Position numbers and translations under genes: made by a program. A stretch of DNA of 61,546 nt, filler included. It is 4 parts of 4 records of this genome, joined end to end, with 100 filler letters (N's around TTAATTAATTAA, not from the genome) between each part and the next. Parts side by side here need not be neighbours in the genome. Positions count along the whole stretch, not along the records: positions 18,889 to 40,287 come from SRR31156797_16089; 3 more parts are not named here. One strand, 5' to 3'. Below, piece after piece: positions 28,867 to 38,813 of this stretch. The first letter of the stretch is position 1. The number at the start of each line of letters is the position of its first letter. A model generated the notes under the pieces. The model saw only the letters and a list, made by a program, of their open reading frames with translations, did no database searches and was not told where the DNA came from.

Positions 28867-30969
28867 CTAAACACGGCAGTCTTGAACCAGTTCCAGGGCG
28901 CGCTCCCGAAGACCCAGGGCGAAGGCATCGCCTTTCGTCAAAGCCTTTTCCAAATGGTCCAAAAGGTCGTAAAAAAGGTTCCATCCTTCCTTTTCAAAGG
29001 CGTATTTCTTGATCAGGGGATTGGGTTCCTCACGAAAATGGGGAATAATCCCTTCCAGGCGATCCACGGCTTGTTTCAACAATTCGACCCCTTCCCCGTT
29101 CAACCTTTCATCATCGTGCACGAACATCTCCGCCAGATGGAATGACAACCGCAAATAAACCAGGGTAAAGGGGAGCTTGGATGCAAAACAGCCGGTGAAC
29201 GGATCGATGGTTTTCTTGATTTGCCCAAAGGGCCATGGAAGGGCCCTCACATAATAAGAAAAGATAAGGGTGCGGACCAGATCCCCCATATATTTCCCGA
29301 GCTTTGCGCCCTCAATGGCCTCGCCGGCAAAAACAGCCTTGTCGTGGCGCATGATCAGCCCCGGCTTGTGCAGGTAACGCAGGTTTCCGCCGGGGTTTGC
29401 AAAAAGAGACCCCAGCAGGTAGGCCTGATCCTCGGCGCGACCGATGAAGGTGGGCGTAAAGGGCCGATGCTTTCGGATGCTTTCAATGAGGGCGGCGGTG
29501 GTTCCACCGGTCACGTGGATCCGTTGAAGGCAGTTATGGATACCGTCAAGGGTCGCGGTGTCATAACGCGTCATCATTTCCGCGCGGGTTGAAATGCCCA
29601 TGGGGAGCGGGCTGAAAAAAGCGAGCGCTTCACCTTGAGGGATGGGGTCCGGAATGGGTACATCGGGTGTAAAGATCCCCCGGGAAGCATCTTCCGCATT
29701 GACCAGGGCACCCGCCATCAGCCCGAGGTCCACCAAATTCCCTTCCACATCCACCCCCCTTGCCCCCCACAGGGGTGTTGTAAAATGCTCCAGGGCCGAA
29801 TTTCCGGTCTCTTTTACCAGGGCCTCCTGGTCAAATACCTGATCCAGATCCAGTTTGAACGAACCTTTCACCTCCGGGTCCACGAGGACCTGCCAGAATG
29901 CACCCATGGCCTTGAGGAAGGAGTAATGGCGGCCGTATTCCCCGTCAACTCCGAATACCCGGCGAAGGGTATCCCCGTTGGAAAAACCCATGTACTTTTC
30001 CATTGCGGGCAGGAGAATTTCCCTTGTGATCCGCTCCGTGTCGGTTTCGGTGAACAGGTAAATATTGAGATTCGGGAAAGGTTCGGTGCTGTCATAAACT
30101 TCTCTAAAATAATCTTTCACAATCCCGTGCAGCCCGTCATGGGTAACGGAGACGGACAAGAGACAGGTTAATTGGTCCGCCGGTCGGGCAACCCCCCTCT
30201 CCTTTTCAAAGGAAATGGCGTTGTCAAGCCCCCTGAGCCCATAGACGGCTTCATTGTTCTCATTGGAAACGCCGATCTGAATGGGATGATCAAACCAATA
30301 GCGCTGCTTTTCCCCCATGATTTGCTTCAGCTTTTCCATCATATGGGAGCTGTAGGGAAGGCGTTCCGGCGATTCGGGATCCGCCGGTGTCGTCACCAGA
30401 AGATTGGACAAAAAAAGCATCTGACGCGACGGATTGTCGATGGGCGACGGATTGGGCTCCGTGATACGAACACGTCGATCCGCCCGGAGAGAGAGTATTT
30501 TTTCCCCTTGATCCAAAAGGCAATGGGCCCCCTCCGGAAAGAGGACGCCCCATATTTTTTCCAGGGACTTTTCCTCCCGAAGGGTATCATGCCGGCTGGA
30601 GAAGGCGCCGGCCTTTTCGAGGGCACTTCGGAATTCATTGTCCTCACGGTACAGGCTTTCGATTTCGCCGTGGATCAATTCCGCACCGTTTTCCATAAAC
30701 GTTGCCATACCCCCCCATTTTTCATCCGCCGTCAAGGCATGGAGATATGCCTTCCCGGCACTGTATAGTCCGTGACCGGGACCTGAAAGCAGAATTAAAA
30801 AGGCCGCGTTGATATTCCGCGCCACATCCCTATCCCGTCTGCGGTCCGGGTTGAATTGATCAGCGATATTAAAACCGGTCAGGGGGTTTTTATTTTGCGT
30901 ACCGTCCACCAGTGCACGGATAATGGTTGAAAACCTCTTCTCCATAAGTTGTCCTAAGCTATCAAACAA
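28867..30969 (-). CDS. Conserved hypothetical protein, possible GT-A-fold sugar transferase
   Basis: 700-aa ORF with motif-like blocks WFDHPIQIG, FGVDGEYGRHYSFLKA, FKLDLDQVF (DxD), GRAEDQAY, IMRHDK. Confidence 0.7.
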   Translation of the reverse strand: MFDSLGQLMEKRFSTIIRALVDGTQNKNPLTGFNIADQFNPDRRRDRDVARNINAAFLILLSGPGHGLYSAGKAYLHALTADEKWGGMATFMENGAELIHGEIESLYREDNEFRSALEKAGAFSSRHDTLREEKSLEKIWGVLFPEGAHCLLDQGEKILSLRADRRVRITEPNPSPIDNPSRQMLFLSNLLVTTPADPESPERLPYSSHMMEKLKQIMGEKQRYWFDHPIQIGVSNENNEAVYGLRGLDNAISFEKERGVARPADQLTCLLSVSVTHDGLHGIVKDYFREVYDSTEPFPNLNIYLFTETDTERITREILLPAMEKYMGFSNGDTLRRVFGVDGEYGRHYSFLKAMGAFWQVLVDPEVKGSFKLDLDQVFDQEALVKETGNSALEHFTTPLWGARGVDVEGNLVDLGLMAGALVNAEDASRGIFTPDVPIPDPIPQGEALAFFSPLPMGISTRAEMMTRYDTATLDGIHNCLQRIHVTGGTTAALIESIRKHRPFTPTFIGRAEDQAYLLGSLFANPGGNLRYLHKPGLIMRHDKAVFAGEAIEGAKLGKYMGDLVRTLIFSYYVRALPWPFGQIKKTIDPFTGCFASKLPFTLVYLRLSFHLAEMFVHDDERLNGEGVELLKQAVDRLEGIIPHFREEPNPLIKKYAFEKEGWNLFYDLLDHLEKALTKGDAFALGLRERALELVQDCRV

Positions 30970-30995
30970 TGGGTTTGCAGATCATGTTAAAACCA

Positions 30996-31154
30996 TCACC
31001 AATCGTATTCGGGTCTTCCAAAATCTTCCTGCCAGTTCGGCGGTCCCCCATGCTCTTTGGCCCGCCACTTTGATTTGTCAATACACCCGGAAAAGCTCAT
31101 GGTCGCCAATAACAGCAACAGACCGACTCCCAAACCGATAATCCTCTGTTTCAT
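30996..31154 (-). CDS. Small lipoprotein (52 aa)
   Basis: GGAGG RBS. MKQR, hydrophobic stretch, lipobox FSG-C, then a short polar tail. Confidence 0.6.
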   Translation of the reverse strand: MKQRIIGLGVGLLLLLATMSFSGCIDKSKWRAKEHGGPPNWQEDFGRPEYDW

Positions 31155-31212
31155 CCCCACCTCCAAAATCCTTTTTTTCTCAGCACTCATTTCCATGTTC
31201 AAATATCTTTCG

Positions 31213-32475
31213 TCACCCTTTCCGAATCAAATCGTGGTTCAAAGGCGTCCCCTCCCAGGCATGGATCAAAACCATCATGGCATCATCCGCATCCAGCTCC
31301 TCGGGGTTGTAAAAAATAGATCCGTCCCCCATGGCCTTTAATGCGATCTCTTTGAGTTTTTCCCGGGGAACCATGGCATTTCCCTGCACGTCCATGACTT
31401 CCTTGAAAGACCGGGGGTGCTTCCCCCCCGTCAGATGAAACAGACGCTCATTCCACTCCCGAATCAACGAAATAACCTTTTCAGCGCGCCGATGCTTCGG
31501 CGTTCCGGCGTAAATTTGTTGGCCACCCAACGGCAACAGCAGTTCCGAGGTAAATTTCGCATTCTTGTGCAGGTTGTACTCGAGACCATAGGGAAGCAAA
31601 ATGGCCATGCACACGCCGTGGGGCACACGGCAAACGGCCCCCACGGAATGGCCCAGGGTATGCACCATGCCCACCATGGCATTTGAAAACGCAACTCCCG
31701 CCAGGTTGGCCCCCACCGCCAGGGAGAGGCGCCCTTCTCTGTCATGGGGCTGATCCATCACTTTAAACAGGTTGCACCGGATCAATTCAATGGCGGCCCT
31801 GGCAAAAGCATCACTCAAAGGGTTTTTGGCAAGACACGTATAGGCCTCCACCGAATGGGACAGGGCATCCATGGCGGTGGCACCGGTAATGGCGGGCGGA
31901 AGACTCAAGGTCATTCGAGAATCCAGGATCGCCACGTCGGGCAGAAGGAAATAACTGGTGAACAGCATTTTTCTTTCATTTTCATGATCGGCGATCACCG
32001 CCACCAGCGTCACTTCGGAACCGGTACCCGATGTGGTGGGGATGGCAATGAGGGGTTTCAGCGGACGCTTCAGCGCCCCTGCGCCGGTAAATGCCATTAA
32101 ATCGGAGGCATTTTCGGAAACCACGATATTGACACCCTTGGCCGTATCCAGAACGGAACCGCCTCCCACGGCGATGAGGGAATCGCACCCTTTTTCACGG
32201 TAAACGCCGGCCAGACGGTTGACCACGGTCAAATCCGAATCCGGCGGCACATCCGTTTCAACATTCCCGTCCGATATTCTTAAACTGGGCACCCGGCCTT
32301 TCATGGCGGATATCACCACATCAATAAGACCCGCCTCAAAAACCCCTTTGTCCGTAATCATCAGGGGCGCGGCCGCCCCGAGATCTCCCAGTATTTCGGG
32401 AATCTTTTCCAGACAATGGTGTCCCGTAACGGTTTTCACCCTGCAACAGAATTCATAGTAGGCCGGTAAGTCCAT
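31213..32475 (-). CDS. Iron-containing alcohol dehydrogenase
   Basis: AVGGGSVLD.AKG, IPTTSGTGSE, and metal ligands in MDALSH, MVHTLGH, PHG. Confidence 0.93.
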   Translation of the reverse strand: MDLPAYYEFCCRVKTVTGHHCLEKIPEILGDLGAAAPLMITDKGVFEAGLIDVVISAMKGRVPSLRISDGNVETDVPPDSDLTVVNRLAGVYREKGCDSLIAVGGGSVLDTAKGVNIVVSENASDLMAFTGAGALKRPLKPLIAIPTTSGTGSEVTLVAVIADHENERKMLFTSYFLLPDVAILDSRMTLSLPPAITGATAMDALSHSVEAYTCLAKNPLSDAFARAAIELIRCNLFKVMDQPHDREGRLSLAVGANLAGVAFSNAMVGMVHTLGHSVGAVCRVPHGVCMAILLPYGLEYNLHKNAKFTSELLLPLGGQQIYAGTPKHRRAEKVISLIREWNERLFHLTGGKHPRSFKEVMDVQGNAMVPREKLKEIALKAMGDGSIFYNPEELDADDAMMVLIHAWEGTPLNHDLIRKG

Positions 32476-32513
32476 TTTTCCGCAATCCTTTTTTTGAAAT
32501 GTGTATCGGTCTC

Positions 32514-33698
32514 CTAATTTAAATCAATGGGATCCCCGCTAAGGGCACGTTCGAGAATCATCACACAACCTTCCCCATTGATGTGGCTTGACGTGCAATC
32601 CGCCAAGGAAGCCGCCATGGTTTTCAGCTGATCCTTTTGAATGCCCGCATCTTGGAGGGTCATGGGAAGCTTTCCTTTGGTGGATTCATAGAGTGCGAAC
32701 TGAAACTCCTGTATCAAGGTGAGCACTTTCCCGATCCGAAGCTCACCGGAAGTGAGTGCAAAGGTTTCGGGACCGGCCATGGGAAGCAGGAGGGAGTCCA
32801 CAAAAAAATCATCCCGGCTTGACAGGTGATCCAACACATACGGCAGGAGGATTCCCATGCAAAGCCCTTCGGGATAAAGAGCCTTCCGTCCCACGGCCAT
32901 TCCCAAAATATGGGTTAACCCGGGGGTACCATTTGAGAAAACAGATCCGGCCATGGTTTCCGCGGCAGCCACTGCGGAACGGGCAGCCTTCCATGGGCGG
33001 CCGCCGCCTATGGCCGTCGCAAGATGATGAACGATCATCCGGATAGCCGTATGGGCATAAGCATCCGTAAAAGGGTTCTTTCCGGGCCCCACGAACCCTT
33101 CCACCGCATGGACCAGGGCCGACATGGCGCCGGACAAGACTTTCAAGGGATCCTCCGGAATAAATACCGCCGGGTCCACCACCACAACATCGGGCATCAG
33201 CAAGAGGGACGAAAAGGTCAGGTCATCCGCGAAAGCCGTTGAAGTGGTTTCATATCCATCGCCCGAAGAAGCCGGAATCGCCATGTGGGGTTTAAGGCGC
33301 CCCATGGGCCGATCCCCCTTTGTCGTATAGGGCAACAGGTCTACGGTATTTTCCGTCACCGCCAGGTTAAGGATTTTGGCCGTATGCATGACCGAACCGC
33401 TCCCCAGTGGGATAATGGCGTCAAAACCGCCATCTTGAAAAATTTCGGTCAGGCGCAGGACGGTTTTCATGTGAGCGTGTTCCCCAACACCATCATAAAC
33501 CCCAAGGGGCACACCGGAATCCATCAACCCATCCATAACCCTGCGGACCGCCTTTTGTTTAGCCAGGACCTTTGTGGTCATCAATAAGGGCCTTTCGGCT
33601 CCCATGGCGGCCAGCTCAAAGGGTATGTGGGCCAGGGCCTTTTTGCCCGCATTAATTTTCACCGGATTTCGGAATGTACTGTTTCCAGGTTCGACCAT
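32514..33698 (-). CDS. Iron-containing alcohol dehydrogenase paralog with degenerate motifs
   Basis: Same layout as its neighbour but with PLGSGSVMH, IPASSGDGYE, MSALVH, LTHILGM, PEG. Confidence 0.85.
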   Translation of the reverse strand: MVEPGNSTFRNPVKINAGKKALAHIPFELAAMGAERPLLMTTKVLAKQKAVRRVMDGLMDSGVPLGVYDGVGEHAHMKTVLRLTEIFQDGGFDAIIPLGSGSVMHTAKILNLAVTENTVDLLPYTTKGDRPMGRLKPHMAIPASSGDGYETTSTAFADDLTFSSLLLMPDVVVVDPAVFIPEDPLKVLSGAMSALVHAVEGFVGPGKNPFTDAYAHTAIRMIVHHLATAIGGGRPWKAARSAVAAAETMAGSVFSNGTPGLTHILGMAVGRKALYPEGLCMGILLPYVLDHLSSRDDFFVDSLLLPMAGPETFALTSGELRIGKVLTLIQEFQFALYESTKGKLPMTLQDAGIQKDQLKTMAASLADCTSSHINGEGCVMILERALSGDPIDLN

Positions 33699-33781
33699 AT
33701 CTCATGCTCCTGATAAGACGGGCGGATACACCATTCCGCCCCTGTTCATTCAAAGGGTTCAACCCCGAAAATCCAAAGCCC

Positions 33782-36196
33782 CTAAAACCCCACCATGGCG
33801 CGAACATAAACCATGCATCGACCCATATGTTTTCTTAAAGGCGACCAGGCAGGATACCGTTTAACAGCGAGAGCAGCCACTATTTTGGGCAGCAGCAGCA
33901 CCTCCACCATGTCCAGGATGCGCACCACCGTGCATGCCCTCGGCACGTCGCCTTCCACCACTAGGCGGTCTCTGGCCACGGCCACGGCGGTGGATTCCTG
34001 AAAAGTGAACAAGAGGATGGCAGCTTCCAGGTGCTTGATCTTGATTTGCAGATCCAGGGGTTTGCCTTCCGGTTTTGACCCCGTGTATTTGACCCGTCCG
34101 CCGGGGGTTTTTTCCATGACCATGGCGGGACCTCCCGGCGAAACGCCCAGGGAAAACCGAAACCCCGCAGGGATGGCTTCAAACTCCTGTTTAACCCCTT
34201 TATCCACCAGGGCTGCCGCCTGCATGGCCCGGCCCACAAACCAGAGCATAATGGAGATGTATAAACGCTTCATCCGTTTCCCCCTGGGGACCATGAACCG
34301 GAAATCCCCATTCCCCTTAATGGCAACATCGGGGTCTTTTGTTTCAATGCCCAATTTGCGCAGGGTTTTGGCAGATGGGATCCCCCGATGATCATAACCG
34401 CGCAGATGATAATAATCATCCAGCATCTCATGAAGGGGCACGATTCGATGTGCTTCATCGCAGTTCCGGCCCTCCTTCATGAACCGTTCCGGCAGTGTAT
34501 CATCCTTCCTTCGAATGCCTTCACGGGTATTCATGAGCCTCTCCAGGGTGTGAACACGACTGCCCGCCTTGAGCATTTCCCACTGGCACATGCGGATGCC
34601 CGTGACCGCACTGAAGAGTTTGGAGAAAATAGACACATCCATGAGCATGATGGCCACCGCCGGAAGGTACTGCATGGTCAATCCCAACATGAATTTCGGT
34701 GTGTACTTTACAATGGGCGGCTCCAGCACGTAGGCATAAGAGGTGAACTGGCAGGTTTGCAGGGAGTTGATGGCGGCATAGAGATTTTCGAAAAAATAGA
34801 CGAATCTGGCCTTGGCCCGGGTGGTATAAGGGTTCAGCAATCCGAACAACACTTCCAGACCGGTGGGGTATGCCGACAGGTGGCAGGCACCGCGGTTGGC
34901 CACGGCGTAACTCAATCCCTGCCCCCAGGACCCCCTGGGATCATAGGCGGCCATCTCCAATCCCTTGACCTGCACCGCAAACTCCCGGCCTCCGTATTTT
35001 TCGCTCAGCCAGCGGGTGCCTTTGGCCATTTCCCGGCCGAAATTCTTCCCATGGGCCATGTGGGAAATGGCTTGTGTTACCCCTTCCGGAGACCCGAAAC
35101 GCAACGGTGTATCCAGGAGCCCTTTTTCCCCGGCCTCCATGACCCACCCCAGAACCGCACCCGTGGAGATGGTATCCAGCCCCAGGCGCCCGCAGAGATC
35201 ATTCCATTCCACAATTTGATCCGGGTCGTAGATTCCCAGATTGGGTCCCAGCAACCCCACGGTTTCGTATTCGGGAACCGTGTGTACGCTTCCATCCTCC
35301 AAGGTCCCTTTGTGACCGCAAAGGATGGTGCACGGTTTACAGGTGTGGTGGCGGGTTTGATAGCGCTCCTGCATGGTTTTTCCCGAAACCTTTTCCGCAT
35401 CCTCATGGCGCCCCCCCCGGAAATTGTTAACCGGAAGGATCCCCCCGCTGTTGCACCAGTCCACATTGGAACTGGTTCCGAATTTCCGGTATGTGGTGGT
35501 GGGGCTGTTCCGGTTCATATAGCGAGTGGCTTTTTTCTTGACCTTTTCAAATCGATCCGGATTTTTGGGCACAATATTGAAAGCGCCGCCTTCGGCAACA
35601 ATGGCTTTCAGGTTTTTGGAACCCATGACGGCTCCCATGCCGCCGCGTCCCAGAAATCGATCCCCTGAGCGGATATTGGCAATGGGCACCCGGTTTTCAC
35701 CGGCGGGTCCGATGGCCAAAATACCGCACTTTTTATTCTTTTGGAGCGATTCCTGAACCTTTTCCGCATCCATTCCCCATATGGGGGACGCATCTTCGAA
35801 ACGGATGCCCTGCTCATTGATGATCAAATTCACCGGATTTTTCGATCGGCCGGTCACCAGCAGTCCATCGAAGCCTGAGGTCTTCAATGCCATGCCGAAA
35901 GGCCCGCCGCATGAGGAAGCCAGCATGATGCCGGTGAGCGGGGATTTGGTCAAAGCGGCAAACCGTCCGGAACAGGGCGCTCCGGTTCCCATGAAAACGC
36001 CCATCATGAAAGCCAGATAGTTCTCCTCACCCAACGGCTCCGTGCCGGGGGTCAACCGATCGTAGAGAAGTTTCAGCCCAAGACCCTTGGCGCCCAGGTA
36101 CATCTTTCGGTCTTTATCATGGACCTTAATCTCCTTCACATCCCTTTGTGTCAGGTTAACCTCAAGGATTCGATTGCTTGTTCCACTGATTTCCAT
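33782..36196 (-). CDS. Tungsten-dependent aldehyde:ferredoxin oxidoreductase family protein with C-terminal SCP2-like extension
   Basis: KSPLTG, GRGGMGAVMGSKNLKAI, CKPCTILC, PEYET, GLDTISTG, YDPRG, NRGACHL. About 170 extra residues follow the normal AOR end (GIPSAKTLRKLGI). Confidence 0.92.
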   Translation of the reverse strand: MEISGTSNRILEVNLTQRDVKEIKVHDKDRKMYLGAKGLGLKLLYDRLTPGTEPLGEENYLAFMMGVFMGTGAPCSGRFAALTKSPLTGIMLASSCGGPFGMALKTSGFDGLLVTGRSKNPVNLIINEQGIRFEDASPIWGMDAEKVQESLQKNKKCGILAIGPAGENRVPIANIRSGDRFLGRGGMGAVMGSKNLKAIVAEGGAFNIVPKNPDRFEKVKKKATRYMNRNSPTTTYRKFGTSSNVDWCNSGGILPVNNFRGGRHEDAEKVSGKTMQERYQTRHHTCKPCTILCGHKGTLEDGSVHTVPEYETVGLLGPNLGIYDPDQIVEWNDLCGRLGLDTISTGAVLGWVMEAGEKGLLDTPLRFGSPEGVTQAISHMAHGKNFGREMAKGTRWLSEKYGGREFAVQVKGLEMAAYDPRGSWGQGLSYAVANRGACHLSAYPTGLEVLFGLLNPYTTRAKARFVYFFENLYAAINSLQTCQFTSYAYVLEPPIVKYTPKFMLGLTMQYLPAVAIMLMDVSIFSKLFSAVTGIRMCQWEMLKAGSRVHTLERLMNTREGIRRKDDTLPERFMKEGRNCDEAHRIVPLHEMLDDYYHLRGYDHRGIPSAKTLRKLGIETKDPDVAIKGNGDFRFMVPRGKRMKRLYISIMLWFVGRAMQAAALVDKGVKQEFEAIPAGFRFSLGVSPGGPAMVMEKTPGGRVKYTGSKPEGKPLDLQIKIKHLEAAILLFTFQESTAVAVARDRLVVEGDVPRACTVVRILDMVEVLLLPKIVAALAVKRYPAWSPLRKHMGRCMVYVRAMVGF

Positions 36197-36218
36197 TTTC
36201 AGCTCTCCATCTTCAGCC

Positions 36219-37460
36219 TTATTCTTCCTTTTTCTTTTTTCCCAGGGTGCTTTTGATTTCCATTATGTTGCCGTCCCTGAAAATCGTCAAGCTCAGTTGG
36301 GCCCCCGGGCTCAAAGAGAGCAATTCCCGCCTGAGCAAAAGAAATCGCCCCACAGGATGACCATTCAAAGCCATGATGATGTCATCGGATTTTAGTCCCG
36401 CCTTTTCCGCGGGGCTCTCCTCTTCCACCGCAATCACCAGAACACCCCCCTCATGGGGATATTTCAGTTCAAAGGCCCTGTTCGGCATGAGCGGCACAGC
36501 CTGAACACCCAGCCAACCCCTTTCGGTCTTGCCCAGAACCAGCATGGGCATCACCATTTTAACGGTATTGATGGGGATTGCAAACCCGATGGATTGTGCT
36601 TTGCTGATCACAGCCGTGTTGATACCCACCACTTCACCATGAAGATTCACCAATGGCCCGCCGCTGTTTCCGGGGTTGATGGCCGAATCCGTCTGGATAA
36701 AATCCACCTGTTTTTCATTAAGACCGGGGGTGATCCGTTCCGTTGCACTGACGATCCCCGACGTCACGGAGTGCCTTAACCCCAGCGGATTCCCGATGGC
36801 CAGCACCATCTCACCGATACGCAGACTGTCCGAATTCCCCAGGGGCAGGACGGTCAGCAGGTGATCCGGTTCGATGCGGATGAGCGCCGTATCGGTAATG
36901 CGATCTTCACCCACGATCTTGGCGGCATATTCCTTTCTACCTTCGGATAGGACCACGCGAATATCCGTGGCATTGTGGATAACATGGGCGTTGGTCAGGA
37001 TGTATCCCTGTTCATTGATAATGAAACCGGACCCCAGGCTGAATCCTTCGCTCTTGTAGGGAATGGGGACCTTGAAGGGTATGATATCAAAAAGATTGGA
37101 AAGCAGGGGGATTCGGATAATGTCATTGGGTGACACACCGACCCGGGCTTCTTTTTCCTCCAGGTTCCGGGTGTAGATATTGACCACGCCCCCTTTGACC
37201 CTTTCCGCAACATCGGCAAAGGTGTTATTGTGGATAAGGATGTTTTCCCGGTCCTCAAAAGATTCCCGCTCCTCCCACATCTGTTTCAGGTCGATATCTT
37301 CAAAAGAAAGTTCTTCAAAACTTTTGTCGAAAATCGGGTCGTCTTTGCTCACAAGATCCGCATTCATCCCCCTGTGGGACTGTGAAACCGTGCAACCCCA
37401 GAGCAACAGGGACATCACAAATAAGACCGCATTCCCATATTGATATAAGGGCCGCATCAT
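36219..37460 (-). CDS. HtrA/DegP-like serine protease with one PDZ domain, probable lipoprotein
   Basis: LLLWGC lipobox-like signal, LGSGFII, TNAHVI, TDTAL, INPGNSGGPL, and PDZ RGWLGV...SPAEKAGL. Confidence 0.93.
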   Translation of the reverse strand: MMRPLYQYGNAVLFVMSLLLWGCTVSQSHRGMNADLVSKDDPIFDKSFEELSFEDIDLKQMWEERESFEDRENILIHNNTFADVAERVKGGVVNIYTRNLEEKEARVGVSPNDIIRIPLLSNLFDIIPFKVPIPYKSEGFSLGSGFIINEQGYILTNAHVIHNATDIRVVLSEGRKEYAAKIVGEDRITDTALIRIEPDHLLTVLPLGNSDSLRIGEMVLAIGNPLGLRHSVTSGIVSATERITPGLNEKQVDFIQTDSAINPGNSGGPLVNLHGEVVGINTAVISKAQSIGFAIPINTVKMVMPMLVLGKTERGWLGVQAVPLMPNRAFELKYPHEGGVLVIAVEEESPAEKAGLKSDDIIMALNGHPVGRFLLLRRELLSLSPGAQLSLTIFRDGNIMEIKSTLGKKKKEE

Positions 37461-38635
37461 AAAAACCGTTCACCCACGTGAATCCGAAAAATATCCTTTA
37501 AGCTTTCCGGCAAACCCCTTGGAGAACCCCTTACCGCAAGGAAATCCGCCCGCATCCCTTCGGCGATATATCCTCTTCCGTCAAGCCCCAACAGCCGTGC
37601 ATTGTTAAAGGAGGCGCATTTGATGGCGCCTTCAATGGAAAATCCGGCACAAAGAAGCAGTCGTAATTCCTCAATGACGGCACTGCCGTGGTGAACCCCG
37701 ATGCTGCCCGAGTCGGTTCCAAGGGCAATGGGCACCCCCAGCCTTCTTGCCACGGCAATCTGTTCCAGTTGATGGTCCAGGTTTCTTAAGGCCACCCGGC
37801 GTTCTCCTCCGCTTCCCCCGGCATGTTCCGCATAAGCTTTCATGGTGCAGGCCGTGGGAACCCAAAAGATGTCCCTCCGGGCCATTTGTGCCAGGTTCCG
37901 TTTCCCCATGAAGAAACCATGCTCAATGGAACTGCATCCCGCTTCAAGGGCGATTTGCACCGGTATTTTCCCGTTGGCGTGCACCATGGTTTTGAGTCCC
38001 AGGCTTGAAGACGCGTCCACCGCCTCCCTCAACGCCTTCAACCGGAATTGGGGCGAAGATTCTTTCCCGAATGCCGTTAAGCTGTTCAACCCGGATTGAA
38101 TGATCTTGACGTGATCAATGTCATCACTCTCCCGCAGCACCCCTTCCGCCAGAGTACCCCCTTTAAGGGCACGACCCACAAAACTACCATACCTTCCCGG
38201 TTTATGCCATGCCTTTCCCGCCACATGAAGAGAAATGGCATCATATTTATTTTCCATACAATTTTTTTTATAATGCCCGGCATAACCGTCCTTATCACCG
38301 CCGTCTCTTACCCCCAGAACACCGTGGGCGAGCAATTGGTCCAAGTGCCGGGTAATGGTTTCCCTTACCCGGTGAAAGCCTTCACTTAACTGTCGCTTTC
38401 GCCTGCCCCGGTCCCCGGTCCCTGACATGAACAGGTGCACATGGGCGTCCCACAGCCCCGGCAGCAGGGTGTATCCGGATAAATCCACAAGGGAGGAAGG
38501 TTTTGTGGCACCCATGGTAAATGGTTTGATTTCCTCAAAAAGACCATCCTTTATGCCCAAGAGGACGTTTTCTTGAATGGGTGCACCGGTTCCATCAATC
38601 ATCCATCCTGCCAAAACCTTCTTTTCAACGCACAT
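37457..38635 (-). CDS. Amidohydrolase family protein
   Basis: DLSGYTLLPGLWDAHVH, VHANG, SIEHG, ALGTDSG, ADFLAV. Confidence 0.9.
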   Translation of the reverse strand: MCVEKKVLAGWMIDGTGAPIQENVLLGIKDGLFEEIKPFTMGATKPSSLVDLSGYTLLPGLWDAHVHLFMSGTGDRGRRKRQLSEGFHRVRETITRHLDQLLAHGVLGVRDGGDKDGYAGHYKKNCMENKYDAISLHVAGKAWHKPGRYGSFVGRALKGGTLAEGVLRESDDIDHVKIIQSGLNSLTAFGKESSPQFRLKALREAVDASSSLGLKTMVHANGKIPVQIALEAGCSSIEHGFFMGKRNLAQMARRDIFWVPTACTMKAYAEHAGGSGGERRVALRNLDHQLEQIAVARRLGVPIALGTDSGSIGVHHGSAVIEELRLLLCAGFSIEGAIKCASFNNARLLGLDGRGYIAEGMRADFLAVRGSPRGLPESLKDIFRIHVGERFL

Positions 38636-38813
38636 CCCTAATTACCCGATCATGAAAAAAATCAAAAAAAACAACATCACGCCCAAGAGGTTCTTTTTCG
38701 ACCACAGATCAGCGACAAGGTCAAGCACAAAGCCCCAAAAGCGCCAAAACTCTCTTGGAAAGCGGTGGTATTTGTGTTATGAGGCACTGATTCTTACATC
38801 ATCCGAGGCAACC

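Noticed and set aside
28715-28984. N-terminal extensions in the ORF track (28310..28984, 38577..39974, 58793..60973, 7001..7213)
   Set aside because: They overlap neighbouring genes or lack an RBS. Downstream ATGs with good RBSs match the family starts.
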